From: Archaeoglobus fulgidus DSM 4304
GTDB lineage: Archaea > Halobacteriota > Archaeoglobi > Archaeoglobales > Archaeoglobaceae
DNA: 32,000 nt
Direction: 5' to 3'
Assembly: GCF_000008665.1 (NCBI RefSeq)
Contig: NC_000917.1
Span: 1,380,001-1,412,000 of the forward strand
Positions 31,479-32,000 of the stretch are shown here, piece after piece. Position numbers and translations under genes: made by a program. Position 1 is the first letter of the stretch. Every line of letters begins with the position of its first letter. The notes beneath the pieces are model-generated. The model was not told where the DNA came from. It was given only the letters and a program-made list of their open reading frames with translations, and made no database searches.

Positions 31479-32000
31479 CTGAAAAAGGTGTTGAGTCTGG
31501 TTTTGGTGTTGGTGATGCTGAGCAGCAGCGTTGTGCCAGTGATGGCGGCGAGCGATGCAGAAAAGTGCAGCTGCGGAGCATGCGAAATAACCTTGAAGAG
31601 AGTTGTCGAAGTGGAACTGGCTAAAAACGGAAAAACGATTCTAAACGTCACTGAAATCAATCAAAGCCTTAGCGAGTGGTTTGCTGAGAACTTCGAAGGA
31701 AGCTTCAGTTGCGCAGACGGAAGCTGTCTTGCTTTCGATTACCAGCTGGAAATTAAGGAGCTACTGAACTTGTCGAAAAACAACAAGGAGCTGAAGTTGC
31801 TTGAGATTAAAGTTTACAACGAAACCACCAGCCACGAATTCAAGCTCCTCAGCTACTTTGCACAAACCGCAACTTACAACCTCAGCCTGATTACGAGAAT
31901 AATGGAAATCGACGGTGAGAACTACTTCGTCACAACCATTAACGTTGCTCCCAAGGACGATAAGAAGTTTGCTCCCTTTGCCGACATCGTGGAGATCAAG
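31476..32000 (+). CDS. Secreted Cys-containing hypothetical protein; partial, runs off the right edge
   Basis: Not in the ORF track because it has no stop. The frame is open for 175 codons from ATG 31476 to 32000. Translation: MLKKVLSLVLVLVMLSSSVVPVMAASDAEKCSCGACEITLKRV...SCADGSCLAFDYQLEIKE. Confidence 0.7.
   Translation, partial: MLKKVLSLVLVLVMLSSSVVPVMAASDAEKCSCGACEITLKRVVEVELAKNGKTILNVTEINQSLSEWFAENFEGSFSCADGSCLAFDYQLEIKELLNLSKNNKELKLLEIKVYNETTSHEFKLLSYFAQTATYNLSLITRIMEIDGENYFVTTINVAPKDDKKFAPFADIVEIK

Noticed and set aside
1-32000. Search for CRISPR arrays, rRNA or tRNA genes, IS elements, transposases, integrases, and toxin-antitoxin or known defence genes
   Set aside because: None were seen. 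The only sizeable nucleotide repeat is the ~70-bp promoter/leader pair at 29.7 and 31.4 kb. No regularly spaced repeats and no recombinase-like ORFs are present.

Overview
The window looks like a euryarchaeal chromosomal segment. From the protein sequences I would guess Archaeoglobus fulgidus or a close relative, but that is recognition only and unverified. Gene density is high, and AT-rich TATA-type promoters sit about 25 nt upstream of many start codons, so many transcripts are probably leaderless. I found no rRNA, tRNA, CRISPR array, transposase or integrase.

The core content is housekeeping:
- rpl21e-rpoF-DUF655 cluster
- a PRC-barrel protein and two EamA/DMT transporters
- an SCP2 protein
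- a glutaredoxin-like plus ferredoxin:thioredoxin-reductase-catalytic-subunit pair
- two alpha/beta hydrolases
- an AtoE-type short-chain fatty acid transporter next to sucCD
- a PadR-MFS pair
- a minimal prenyltransferase-like alpha/alpha toroid plus a wHTH gene
- a conserved hypothetical gene (DUF432 assignment unverified) overlapping MscS
- a DUF211/PHP divergent pair
- an IspB-like polyprenyl synthase, KptA/Tpt1, TrxB and LarE
- a coiled-coil gene followed by smc and scpA
- a TauE plus small membrane protein pair

Observations most worth a second look:
1. The right end (28.7-32 kb) is a block of five signal-peptide or TM proteins from no family I recognise; about 1.7 kb of it (29.7-31.4 kb) is lower in GC. 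It is divergent from a membrane-anchored tandem-wHTH regulator. A duplicated ~70-bp promoter/leader brackets a two-gene cassette, and the three promoters share the motif TGGTCAGAAA. One secreted protein carries a caspase-like HG...QC dyad pattern.
2. An ATP-cone / PD-(D/E)xK nuclease-fold / HhH gene is split by a 1-nt frameshift at an A4 run inside the ATP-cone.
3. The conserved ScpA N-terminal helix is encoded upstream of the first ATG, in a frame with no ATG, GTG or TTG. A CTG in that frame overlaps the smc stop codon.
4. The TrxB homologue lacks the canonical NADPH-specificity motifs.
5. A perfect palindrome overlaps the padR start codon.
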